Positions 36,574 through 47,945 of a DNA stretch of 64,000 bases are shown here, one piece after another. A program made the position numbers and the translations under genes. The stretch lies in the NCBI GenBank assembly GCA_010909165.1, contig MU008163.1, positions 496,001 to 560,000 on the forward strand, in the 5' to 3' direction. This DNA comes from Anthoceros angustus (lineage: Eukaryota > Plantae > Anthocerotophyta). Each line of letters starts with the position of its first letter. Position 1 is the first letter of the stretch. The notes below the pieces were generated by a model. It searched no databases, was not told the origin of the DNA, and saw nothing but the letters and a program-made list of their open reading frames with translations.

Positions 36574-39500
36574 TGTTGAAGTGAATATAAGTGCTGACCA
36601 TTTACGATACAGTTGATAATAATTACCTAGGGTAGTACATAGGGTAGATTAATCAATAGTCATACCTTTTCATTAGGGTTGTGTCCCTAGGTTGAATAGA
36701 CATAGCTTTTGGGTTTAAGTTTAGTTGTCTTTTCATAATTAATTAATTAACTCTTTCTTTCTTGATTGATACAATGTAATTATTCATTTATATGTTTAAT
36801 TGATCTACATAGTCCTATTAAATCGTTATGGTATCATAGCAAACTATGTAGGTTGCATCTATGAAGATGCACATAATTTTGTGCATTAGAAGATGTGCAG
36901 AAAAATATAAGTTTTGTTGTTTCTTGATTGGAAATCAGTTCTAATTTCAAGAAAACAAAATAAAAATCAAGAATATGAACTTTCTGCTGTTTTCTTAAAA
37001 CATATATATCAAATCTGCAGAATCAGGAAGAGATTCTAGTGCACTCCACTTGGATTGCTGTTTCTAAGCAATTCCAATGGGAATACACTAGGACAACTGC
37101 CTGATCGGCAGATAGCATATAGAATTATAGAAGGAAATCAGAATGCAAAACATTTGCATTCAAATAGCAAAATTTCAAGCCAAATGACATGGCCAATGTA
37201 GATGGCCAGCAGTGGCAACCTCACCCTACTGAGCTCATCCCAAATAGGCAAAGTAGACGCAGGAATGTTGATAGGCTATCTACTGCAGATCATTTGCATC
37301 GTAGAATCTATGAACGGAGTCATAGAAATCAGGATCAAGCTATGCAAATAGCAGATCTAAAAGAAGCCTTTAACACAATAATAGAACTTGTCTTCCCTCA
37401 AGACATAGGGCTCACATTTTCCCTTCTTCCCTGAAATCCATAGAACTTGCCAGAATTGCGCGTCCAGAGAGCTTTCGACGGAAATGGATAGCTAGGTGGT
37501 TTCCTCACAACACAAATAACACCAAACCCTAATGTTAGTACAGTTGTGGAAAGACTGGAGGCAACAAAAGCGAACTGTAGACCGGCGCTGTGAAAACGTT
37601 TCCAGAAGCGTTGCTACAATTAGCGTGGATATCCAGGATATGCGAGAACAAATCAATCATTTGGATTACAAACTAATTACCTTGTTGCAGCCCGCTTTGC
37701 TGAATAATCCTGCCTGTAGAGGAATAGCCTAGAAAAGCATTCGCAGAACAGATGGTAAACGCAAGTTTGATGCTCCAAATTCTTGCCCTTCCTACACAAC
37801 TTACGCCTGTAACCGGTAGGAAATGAGGCACACAAGGATCTCAGAGAGGCACGAACTCTCAGCTCCAAATGTGGAGCCCAATCTTCCTCACATATTGTAG
37901 AATCGCTGCATGGCAGCAACGATATTTGGAGGACTCTTCAATAACGACGAAGAAGAATCAAAGACATCTTCAGAAGGCGTACACAAGCCTGCATCAAACA
38001 TGGCAGATACGTCAAGTGTTGCTGAAGATGGGTTCAAGGAGAAAGATAGGTTCGGAGGAACCAACTCCGACATCTGGGTCATGAGGATGCAAGGTGATCT
38101 TCAAAACTGCAAGTTGTGGAGAATCACAAATGGTGATGAGACCAAACCTACGGGAGCTTTCGGATGCTGCTGAAGCATGGTCAGTCAAGAACGATGCAGC
38201 CATGTACCTTATACGCAGTGGCCTAACATCTGACATGTTGAGGCAGACTGGTGGGGCTAAGTCAGCAGCAGAGATTTGGAAACGGTTGAAGGGCCTGTAT
38301 GCAGCACACAATCATATGAGCGTGATGGCTACGTAGAGACACTTCCAGAATTATAGGATGAAGGAAGGTGACTCAATTGAAAAACATGTCGGAGTGTTCA
38401 AAACTTTGGCTTCAAAGGTCGAAGGATCTTCAGGAGATCTTTTGTCTGAAGCGGAGTTGACTGTTAGACTCCTTATCTCCTTACCAGAATCGTGGTCACA
38501 TTTTGTGACATTCCACACAGCTGCGCAAACACAAGCAAAATATAGCTAGCTGATACTTACTGTAGATGCTCCCAACATGTCCCTTATAGATTTTGCGTGA
38601 GGAACTGCGTGGCCTTCATGAGGAGCTCGGGCATAAGGCACCTGCATATAGGAGTTCTGGTGCTTCACCGTCCTGACTCACTATTTGTGTCTCGCACTGC
38701 TCGCAGTTCGTGAACTTGCAGTTTGGAGGTGAAGACTCATTATCAGAATAGGCAAAGTCATGTGTAATGAACCTTCTGCTAGCAGCAGCAGCCTTGGCTG
38801 CGTCCTTATCTTGCTGGGCTGCAGGTGCCTATCTTGAAGGACCGCCCATGCTAGCCGCCTAAGCCTCTCTCCTTGCCCTAAGGACAGCGTTGGTGGTTCC
38901 CCTAGTGCGCCCGCCCTCCTAAGAGCCTCTGGATTTGTCACAATAGCCGGAGCTGCAGCCAACTCAGGACATGAGGCAATTGTCCTTGTTGGGAACACTG
39001 CTCTTCTTGCAAACCGACCAAGGTGATCCCTGAAGTGCTGGCGCTTGGGCAGCTGACTCTCTGAAGAGGACGACATGGTGAGGGTGAGCCTACGCTCGAA
39101 AGACTCCCTCGCTATGGCACACAGCAGAAAAACGATGCTCAGGAGCGCCGCACACCTGACCGGTAATGGTCTCCTGCTGGCCTGACCCGTTAAGTACCGA
39201 AGGGTAGTGCCATGGGGCATAGCGCAGCTGAGCGCAATGCACTGGCAATCTGAATCGGTAAGCATCGCAGCTGGCGAAAGAAAGGACTTAAGCTCACTCT
39301 CACATGCTGAAATGATCGACAAGTGGGAGTATTGAAGTGAATATAAGTGCTGACCATTTACAGCACAGTTGATAATAACTATCTAGGGTAGTACATAGGG
39401 TAGATTAATCAATAGTCATACCTTTTCATTAGGGTTATGTCCCTGGATTGAATAGACATAGCTTTTGGGTTTAAGTTATGTTGTCTTTTCATGTTTAATT

Positions 39501-39577
39501 AATTAACTCTTTCTTTCTTGATTGATACAATGTCATTTACATGTATAATTGATCTACATAGTCCTATTAAATCGTTA
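36574..39577 (+). mobile_element. Complete non-autonomous Copia element: two ~255-bp LTRs, GAGAG TSD, Met-PBS, upstream ORF plus gag, no pol
   Basis: LTRs at 36574-~36829 and ~39330-39577. TGGTATCATAGC PBS after the 5' LTR, AAGTGGGAG PPT before the 3' LTR, GAGAG at 36569-36573 and 39578-39582. Gag 'FKEKDRFGGTNSDIWVMRM...LLISLPESWSHFV' spans 37910-38549. Confidence 0.92.
37189..37860 (+). pseudogene. Disrupted homolog of the Copia upstream ORF at 10007-10711
   Basis: 'LKEAFNTIIELVFPQDIGLTF', 'SVDIQDMREQINHLDYKLITLLQP' and 'RKFDAPNSCPS..TYA' align with copy 1. Contains stops and frameshifts. Confidence 0.85.
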
Positions 39578-41760
39578 GAGAGCAAACGAGCGGCAAAAGC
39601 TCAAAGAGCTGGCGGAGGTCTCCTTGAGTGCCTATAAGGACACCGCCCAAACTAAGCTTGGGGAGCTTAAGGCCAAGACGGAACTGATGGCCTCAGCCCA
39701 TGCTAGGCTGCCGGAACACCAATGGAGGAGGGAGTACCGGGTGTTGTGCGGGCATGTGGAGGAGGTCATCCAACAGGTGGACTCGAACTTGATCGCGTAT
39801 TATCACGCGGAGTTGTTGAAGGTCGTCAGCGTTGTGCACAGGCTTGCAGAGACTTTGAGATCGGAGCAGGGGTCCGAAGAGCCGACGGAGGAGGGAGAAA
39901 GGGAAGAAGGACCTCGACGCCCTGGTCGAGGAAGGAGGCACCGGAGAGGCAAAACACTCGGGGGCGGCCGAACAAAGGGAAGAATGGGAGGTGCAAGGCT
40001 CTCCAACAACCGAGGAGTACGCCGGGCCTGACCTACCCCGCATCCGCTTGATCCGCGTCGTAGTTTGGTGGGAGTGAAGCAAAGAGGGTAGACGTTTGGG
40101 CTCCTGGGTCGGTGGGAACCATGCCATTGGACCTAGAAGAGGTGGAGCTGGAGGAAGAAGAAGACCGACTCCAGGAGCAGGAGAGTCAAGAGGTGGAGAT
40201 GTTGACCCACCTCTCACAGGAGCAGGCGGGCATGGCGGAGAGTGACAGGCAAGGGGGAAATCCCAAGAACCCTGTACTACTGTCAGCGGACGCCGAGGAC
40301 GATGCGGTGGTCAGATCACCCATCAAAGTGGGTCCAAAAGGGGGACCCAATTTTAGGGAGGTAAAGGCTCAGGCTCCTGCCGGCAGGGGTCAAGAATAAT
40401 CCGCCTGGGCAACCCTTCGGGGTTGGGAAGGGGTGCGAGGCCCGACAAGGGGGACTGGCCGAGGTCCACGCCCCAGTCACCATCGGCGGAGGTAGTTAGT
40501 TGCGTGCGAAGGTGATCCGGTATCCCTCCGCGCGTGGGTAGTAATGAGTAATAAGTAGTTAGGTTAGGTGATAATAGGTAGCTGACAGTGCTAGCTATGA
40601 GAGTCATAAAGGCACAGCCTTCGGAGCTGTATAAGAAGGGAGGTTGCCGCTCCTGTAATTTGATTCCTTTTTGAGTCTGAATCTGTGTTCGCAACTTTCC
40701 TTTGTCTTGCGGAGTGTGGACGCATTGCCTGTGTCACCGAGCGGGCGGACTGACGTAGAGAAGGAAATCCTAGCTCTGGTGACGAGCCCGCTAACACGTG
40801 GTGTGTGGCATAGGTTCCAGAGAGCGCAGGACTGGGCTCCTCGCAGGTTAAGAGCTGGAGCGGCGCACGCCCTAAGAGGTCGCTGGAAGAAGGCAGAATT
40901 GACATGTGGACGACCCCGTCCCCGCCCAACGTGGAGGTGGACCTTGGAAGAGCAGTGGAAGAATTGCACACCCCAAAGTGTCGCGTACCAAGCTAACAAG
41001 AACCCTAAGTGGAAGGAGCAAAGGATTGAGGATTGGAGATCGTGTGGTGAAGATTGGGTGGAAAAGGGCTAGTGGAGTCTAGCTGGCGGACTTAGATGAG
41101 TCCCTAAATGTCTGGGTGCGTTGGATCTCAACTGGTGGTGTCTGCCCTTGGCGGACAGTGCGGTACATGAGTACGGATTAAGTGCACACAAAGGACCTGG
41201 GGTGGACTAAATTCGCGACGAGGGGGTATAACCTTAGGCGGCTGGTACTCCGGCGAGAGGCGGCTGGTACTCCGGCATAAAGGGAATTTAGTGGCCCGTG
41301 CCCATTTGCGGCTCCTGATGGCTTGAATCGATTGGTGAGAGATTCGGGTCGCTCGAGGTGAATGCCTAAGCAGGTAAGAGGAATCCCGCTCCGACGGGTG
41401 CTTGTCCGATGGACCACTTGACGTTCGGTGATGCAAGTGGCGCGTGCGTACGTACCCCTGCGGAATTTCCAACGGGTGATCCAGGAGCGGCGTTGGTTGT
41501 TGGAAACCATCCGACACCTCGAGAACTTCCTTGGGCAGGAGTTCTAAAGGCTAGGGTTTGGTCCAACAGCCTCGGAGACCGAAATGGGTCTGGCGGCGAA
41601 GGGATTTGATTTGTCGAGATTTTACTCAGAATAGGTAGGATAAAATAAATTAGACGCAGGGTGGCACGAACTATTCCCTTGGGATCGAACCAACGACTGT
41701 GCGGTAACGGGTTGTAAGTGTGCACCCGGCTACCCCGCTAGCAAAAGTTGTTTGACACGC
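39578..41760 (+). mobile_element. Host LTR element (probably Gypsy) continuing from 36000-36573: coiled-coil ORF remnants and LTR-like 3' region
   Basis: The coiled-coil frame continues across the GAGAG insertion site. The end at ~41660-41760 (attcccttggga.c.aacc...gtgcac.c.cggct) resembles the end of the repeat at 55690-55775. Confidence 0.5.
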
Positions 41761-41928
41761 AGCGTAGAAGCATTCCATTCCAATCCATACGTCGAGGACA
41801 TATATTTTGATCTAAATCCTAGAAATTCAATCGTCTATGAACAAAAATTTACATCCCATAAATGGGGCTAGCTAAAGTGATAAAGTTCCACTTTCACAGC
41901 AGGTAGAATCGACCTGGATTCTTTTAGG

Positions 41929-42775
41929 CTAACGGCCACTTGGGTTGAACGCCGCTGGACTTGCTCTGATCAGCTCCAACCCAAAACTAAGTTCGGAAGT
42001 TGTGTCAACCTTCTTCGCTGTTGTCAAGTTGGTGACTCCGGTTACTATCTGGGAAGGCGTGCCTTCCGAAACTAGTGAGCCTGGACGGTCCAGCACTGTA
42101 AGCCAGTAGCGCTCAAGATTGTACATGTCGTACATCTTTGATGTCAGTTGCATTGCAATCCGGTGCTTCTCTTGATGTAGAGCAGCTTTTGCTGATTCTT
42201 GAGAGTCCCATATGCACATGGCCAAGCACTCCCGCCTTTCGTTCAGTGTGCCATACCAGTACTGCAAAAGCGGATACCATTGGCCACCATTGGTCAGCGT
42301 TAAAGAGAGATGATTTGGAGAAAGTGTGTGAAACAAATATCAAAGTCTTGAATTGTCCTGGCATTACCTTTAGCAATCCTCCGCTTGCCCGCGCCTCAAC
42401 TTGAGCCTCGGCATCAGCTTTGTACAGCAATTCGTCATCTGCATGCACTCCTCTAACCGATCTAAACACCACCACATAGAACCGAGACGTGTTCAACAAA
42501 TGGCGCAGAATTTTGCTGCGCTTGCGAGGCAGATAGTCAGCCACCTGCGAGCCTTCGAAGTCCTCGAAGCCGAACAGTTTGGCCAGCACATTTGACCAGT
42601 GAAAACATTGTGAGATTGGAGTGGTCAGAGGAGCAGAGTGAGCTGCTTCAGTAGGCTCCAGCTCCCGGAACAAAGACTGCAGATTCGGCACCACGGGAAT
42701 TGAGGAGCCTCCAGCTGGCTGAAAGCTCAGGTCACCAGAAACAGGCGCAGGCTCTACGGTCAGAACTTCCGGCAT
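41929..42775 (-). CDS. UPF0643-like protein (probable dimeric alpha-beta barrel), 246 aa; exons 42775-42368 and 42261-41929
   Basis: 'FYVVVFRS...LYKADAEAQVEARASGGLLK|YWYG...CLAMCIWDSQESAKAA...HRIA...Y..YNLERY' matches the fungal/bacterial UPF0643 pattern. A 106-bp GT-AG intron restores the frame. Confidence 0.8.
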
Positions 42776-43582
42776 TGTACTGAATTCAGTCTCTCAGCAG
42801 GTCCGTCCCCCTTAAAGACGCGTAGCAATCCAGACTCAAACGATCGTGGAGTTCTCAGACCGCCACCGGAGAATGCTGGTGGACAGATGCCTGCAAGAAA
42901 TGCTTCCTCCGCAATGCGCACTCGGGATCGCCACTTGTTCCACCCGCGGCAATCAAATAACCTGTAGGCACAATCCAACTTCCTCCCAACGCTGGATGCT
43001 GCAAGCACTCCACAGCAATGCGGACAAAGCACAAATAAAGGAGCAAACCACTGGGAGAACAGGAGCAATCTCCGTTCAGACGCAAGTGGCACAAAGCCTC
43101 GATCACAACAGGGATGTTAAGTAAGAGTATGCATAACGCACATGATATATGCCCGATACAGTGTACAGAACAGGAAACTGACCAGATACACTGCTTCTGC
43201 AGCTTCCTGAACAGACGTTCCCGTTGGGAGTCTGGGAACTACAAATCCGGGGATGTTGGACTGTGTCAATTTCCGCAACAGCCAGCGGGATCCTTGCCTC
43301 TGCCCTCTGCAGCGGCGTCTGCGAAAGCAGCCGTTTTCTACAATGTGCTTCAACCTTCCGTCTCCTCAGGGCTGGTGGAACGCGGAATTTGAGACGTCTT
43401 CCGCATGGTTACGTCTTGAACGCTTACTCGTAGGCTAGATGCCAGCCATAACATTCTCGGTGCAACCATGTGTAAAAGCTCAAAATCGAGGGTGTTTCCA
43501 TGTTCCATATTCCATTTCGCAAAGTGAAGGAAGCAGCGCCACCGCTGATGCACCTTTGCGTCTCATCACACAAACACCACAC

Positions 43583-43597
43583 CCTAAACCCTAAACT
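43583..43597 (+). promoter_or_regulatory. Telobox-like motif (ccctaaaccctaaac) in the divergent intergenic region
   Basis: Two plant-telomere-type units between the head-to-head UPF0643-like and PHT4 genes. Confidence 0.35.
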
Positions 43598-43780
43598 GGT
43601 ACAAGCAGTTGAACACAACGCCATTGCCCTGAAATGGAGGAGGTTCCAAGACGCCATTCGGTATCCTCCGGCAGAAATCCGTGTGTGCATTCTCACACGC
43701 AAGGCACTGGTGACCTGCCGCCTTGCAGTCGGCGCAGCAGTTGGAAGGGTTTCACGTCGCTCACAATTCGCGATGTAGGT

Positions 43781-43906
43781 TGCAGAATTCGCGTTTCAGG
43801 TTGCAGTATTCGCGTTTCAGCTTGCAGAATTCGCGTTTCACGTTGCAGAATTCGCGTTTCAGGTCGCAGAATTCGCGTTTCAGGCCGCAGAATTCGCGTT
43901 TGACGT
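43781..43906 (+). repeat. 21-bp minisatellite x6 (tgcagaattcgcgtttcaggt)
   Basis: Six contiguous 21-bp units. The minus frame reads KREFCxL heptads. Confidence 0.92.
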
Positions 43907-44225
43907 TTGATAAGTTCATAACAAAACCTCTACCGTGCCAGGACCGGTTACCAATGATTATTTTATTGGAGCAATAAAATCCGCACGAAGCATTATCTTG
44001 GAGCTCCTGGAAGAGGATATTCGGGCGCCCGAAATATCGGTGGTCTGACCGGCTCGACTGTCCGTGACTGTCCTGAACGATGGACGCTGCTGCGAGTGCG
44101 AATGCTTGAAATGCAGCTAGCGCGGGCGGATCATCACACGGCAAGCTCAAGCGCGGGCGCGGGCATGGTGCGTCACGTGCCGGGCAGCAAATGCGAGCTG
44201 TAATCCAGAGAACGGCGCTGGTATC

Positions 44226-47200
44226 ATGACTGTGGCTTCGACTTTGGCCTGCGGGCCCCCTCTTCAAATGCTGCATTCAGGTACTGCCTGCTTCGCTTGT
44301 CTTAGCTCAGGAATGCGGAGTCTCAGCTGAGGAGCTTGCTGAATGCATTCCCCCAGTAGTTTGAAGTTTCAATGTCATTCTGGTTCGTCTTCATCTAGCT
44401 AGGCAGCTGAGAAAGAAGTCATGAGATGCTGGTGTTGTTGCATTTTTGCTGTACCAGAATGTAAAGATTTGTGTGCTCAGTTTTCTGGTGGCTCCTTCTG
44501 GTTTTTGGCACAGCAGAGGCTGGATGGAGAGCTCTGGGAGGTAAAGGTACTAGCATGACCAGCTTGGTAGCTGACGTGCAACATAAACGCTTTAAGCGAA
44601 AAATGACAGGCTCAGGGCAGCTTAGATTTGGAAAGGAGCATTATGAGCTCTTGGAGCGAGTTATGTCATCCAGATTTTGCAGCAGCAGCAATAGCGGCAA
44701 GTTTAAGGAGTGCATTGCGGGGATTGGAGGCATTCGAAGGAGGTTGACAGTCAGAGGCTGGGCCACCACGGTTGCCTTGAAGTTTGATCCTCTATCTCAG
44801 CCATGGAAGAAGGTAAAGTTAAAGTGCAGGGGACAGAAACCGGGGTCAGAGAATATGGGAGTCGGGGGATTTCAGCTTGATGGAGCTGGACCAGGTGCAG
44901 AGCCAGAGAGCTTGGCTCAGACTCCCATCAATGTGAATGGCCATGCGAAGATAGTTCCCATCGATGCAGATATCGACGGATTGGTTAGTGAGGGCACTGT
45001 TGCAGCTGCTGCAGCGTCTGGATTTCCAGACATTCGTCAACTCCCAAAAAGACTCGTCATCATCATCTTGTGCTTCTTCGCTTTCCTTCTCTGCAACATG
45101 GACCGTGTGAGTTTTCTTACATTTGCTAAGGCGTTGCTTCGTGCTTTACAAGTGTTGGATGGACTTGCTGGTTAGGTCGAGGGAAAGTTTTGTTGCAGTG
45201 GAGAAATATGGTTCTTGTTCAGTGTGGGCAACAGACGGTTGCTTCGTTGAGGTGTTGCAGCACATGGTAACGATGTCTTGGTTGCACTGAGGGCTGTCTG
45301 AACTGAAAGTCTTTCCACTTCTCCAGGTAAATATGAGCATAGCGATTCTCCCAATGTCAGCTGAGTTTCAATGGAGTCCTACAACCGTAGGACTCGTACA
45401 ATCATCATTCTTCTGGGGTTACCTCCTTACGCAGGTACAGGGATCCAAATACCTCCTCTGCGGTTTCGTGCTTGTGAGCAGTTTCTTACGATTGTCAGGA
45501 ATTCAGAGAAGGTTGAATTCTTGCCTTTTCAGATTGCAGGAGGCATCTGGGCAGATAGTATCGGGGGAAAACAAGTGCTTGGATTCGGCGTTGTGTGGTG
45601 GTCACTTGCCACGATGGCAACTCCTTTTGCTGCACGACTTGGTTTGCCCTTTCTTCTGTTTGTGAGGGCTTGTATGGGTATTGGAGAGGTTTGTGACAGC
45701 CTCCCCGGTTTGCATTGGAAGGCGATCATTATTTTCTGTTTGTGAGATTAGGCTATGAACTCCTGCAACTTTTATCTCAGGGAGTGGCCATGCCAGCTAT
45801 GAACAATCTACTTTCTAAGTGGGTTCCAGTGGGAGAAAGAAGCAGATCGCTGGCATTTGTGTACAGCGGAATGTATCTTGGCTCAGTCACCGGGTTGGCA
45901 TTTTCGCCGAGCCTGATCCACAGATTCAGCTGGCCTTCAGTTTTCATATCGTTCGGGTCATTAGGAGCTCTTTGGTTTGCTGCTTGGCAGCGCAGTGTGA
46001 GTGACACGTCCAGGCCTTCCTTGTCGATTGAACGCCGTTGAATGTGTCAATGTTTGCTGGAATAGATGGGGAATGAGGTGCAGTTTGGACCTGTATGTCG
46101 GCAGGCTCATAGCTCACCAGCAGAGGATCCAGACATTAGTCCGGAGGAGATCAAACTAATACTTGGGGACGGTGAAGTGCGAAAGCCAGTTGACAAGATT
46201 CCTTGGAAACTGCTGCTCTCAAAAGCTCCCGTTTGGGCTTTGATAGTCTGCCATTTCTGCCACAACTGGGGTACTTTTATTCTACTCACCTGGATGCCTA
46301 CCTATTATTGCCAGGTCTGTTCCCTTGCATCCCGATTCCCTTTTTGAGCTAGTGAATGTCAAGCTCCAGCATCCAAGCATGTCCACCTGCCATTCGCTTC
46401 CACACCACCTCAATAGCTTACGTGATGTGTTCCACAGGTTTTAGGTTTTAATCTGATGGAATCAGGACTGTTCTCCGTGCTTCCATGGTTGACGATGGCT
46501 TTATCGGCTAATGTTGGAGGGTGGATAGCTGACACTCTTGTAAGCCGAGGGGTGTCCATAACTGCTGTGAGAAAGGTAAAACGGTTATTTGGGCCAGCGT
46601 TGTGATATGTTGTTCTGCTTTCTTTCGTTTCAAGCAGTGATGGGTTGGCAACTCGCTCTTGTGAAAAATATTTCGTATGCTTACACTTGTTCTTGTCGTT
46701 TGCTCTGGTAACAGATCATGCAATCAATTGGTTTTCTGGGTCCTGCATTTTTCTTGACCCAGCTGAGCCACATCAGCTCGCCATTTTGGGCTGTCCTGTG
46801 TATGATGGGGTCGCAAGTACGTTATGGTTCCATGCGTCCTCAATCTTTTCTTTCTCGCATTTGTGAGGCTTCGTGATCATTAGACTCTGTACTCATGAGT
46901 GCAGGGAACGGACGCATTTTCTCAATCTGGCCTGTATTCTAATCATCAAGACATCGGCCCTCGCTACTCGGTGAGTTGTAAATCTCTCCATTCTGGTCAC
47001 TTCATGGTCATAAATTGCGCAGAAGAAAAGATTTATTCTGGAGAAACCGCTTATAGCACCACTAAGGCATTCTACCCGGAGGGATATCACACACGATTGA
47101 TTGACAAACGCTTGTGGATGTATCAGGGCGTGCTGTTGGGCTTGTCAAACACCGCAGGTGTTCTGGCCGGTGTTCTTGGCACGGCTGCAACAGGATACAT

Positions 47201-47411
47201 CTTACAGCATGGTACCACCGATTTGCTTACTGCCTGAAACGTGCTGTCTCATGTTACTGCCTTGGAACCCCGCTCATCTGTACTTCCCTGATATGTACTT
47301 GTATGATGGGCAGGATCGTGGGATGATGTTTTCAAGGTGGCGGTCGGTCTGTATATTTTCGGTACCATAATATGGAACATATTTGCGTCAGGGGAGAAAA
47401 TTTTCGACTAA
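44226..47411 (+). CDS. PHT4: PHT4/ANTR-family plastid anion (phosphate/ascorbate) transporter, ANTR1/ANTR2-like; 11 predicted exons
   Basis: 'LLCNMDRVNMSIAILPMS', 'QSSFFWGYLLTQ', 'WALIVCHFCHNWGTFILLTWMPTYY', 'QSGLYSNHQDIGPRYSGVLLGLSNTAGV', 'ASGEKIFD*'. Exons: 44226-44280, 44514-45106, 45327-45434, 45533-45688, 45781-45996, 46105-46314, 46438-46575, 46715-46816, 46905-46970, 47127-47211, 47314-47411. Confidence 0.93.
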
Positions 47412-47945
47412 GTCGGATTCTTCCTGTGGCCGTGGCGCGTAACTGGTATTAATCAGCTGTGTGTTGAGATCCCGTCTTTCTTGCGGGAGCTGGCGCCACA
47501 GACGAAAAGACACTTGGCTTTTGCCATATTGGTGATGTGAGTACAGTACGTCCCCTTCATGCTTGGCTGCTCTTTGCACAGATGTGCAAGTGAATGATAT
47601 ACTGAAACTTGTGGTATGCAGTGGTTCGTCAACTTTGTGGTTCACGCTGCAGAGAAAAGTTCCCAATTTAGTGGATGGACAGGACATACCACTACCCATT
47701 TTTCTAGAAATTTCTTGTGTTTCGACGAGTCTGTCGACGTCATTTGACGCCACAGAGCTGGCCACGGCGCCAAAGATCGCAGCACTAGCAGCAGAGAATT
47801 ACCGTCTACGCCGATATTTGTCTCACTGTCTCACTATTGCTTTGAGAAATCTTAACCGATAACTGAGGTTCAGAGTGCTTTGTTACAGTTTCTACGCTTA
47901 CTTTAGCGTTGATTGAAGGTCCGAAACCTCTGCCGGCGATGAAGT

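Noticed and set aside
40671-41072. 'EKEILALV' as a Gypsy RNase H motif
   Set aside because: An isolated match with no flanking RNase H residues (DAS, TDH). Left as unassigned TE sequence.
41675-41710. GTTGGTTCGATCCCAA on the minus strand resembling a tRNA T-arm
   Set aside because: No acceptor, D or anticodon arms, and the related LTR end at 55.7 kb lacks it.
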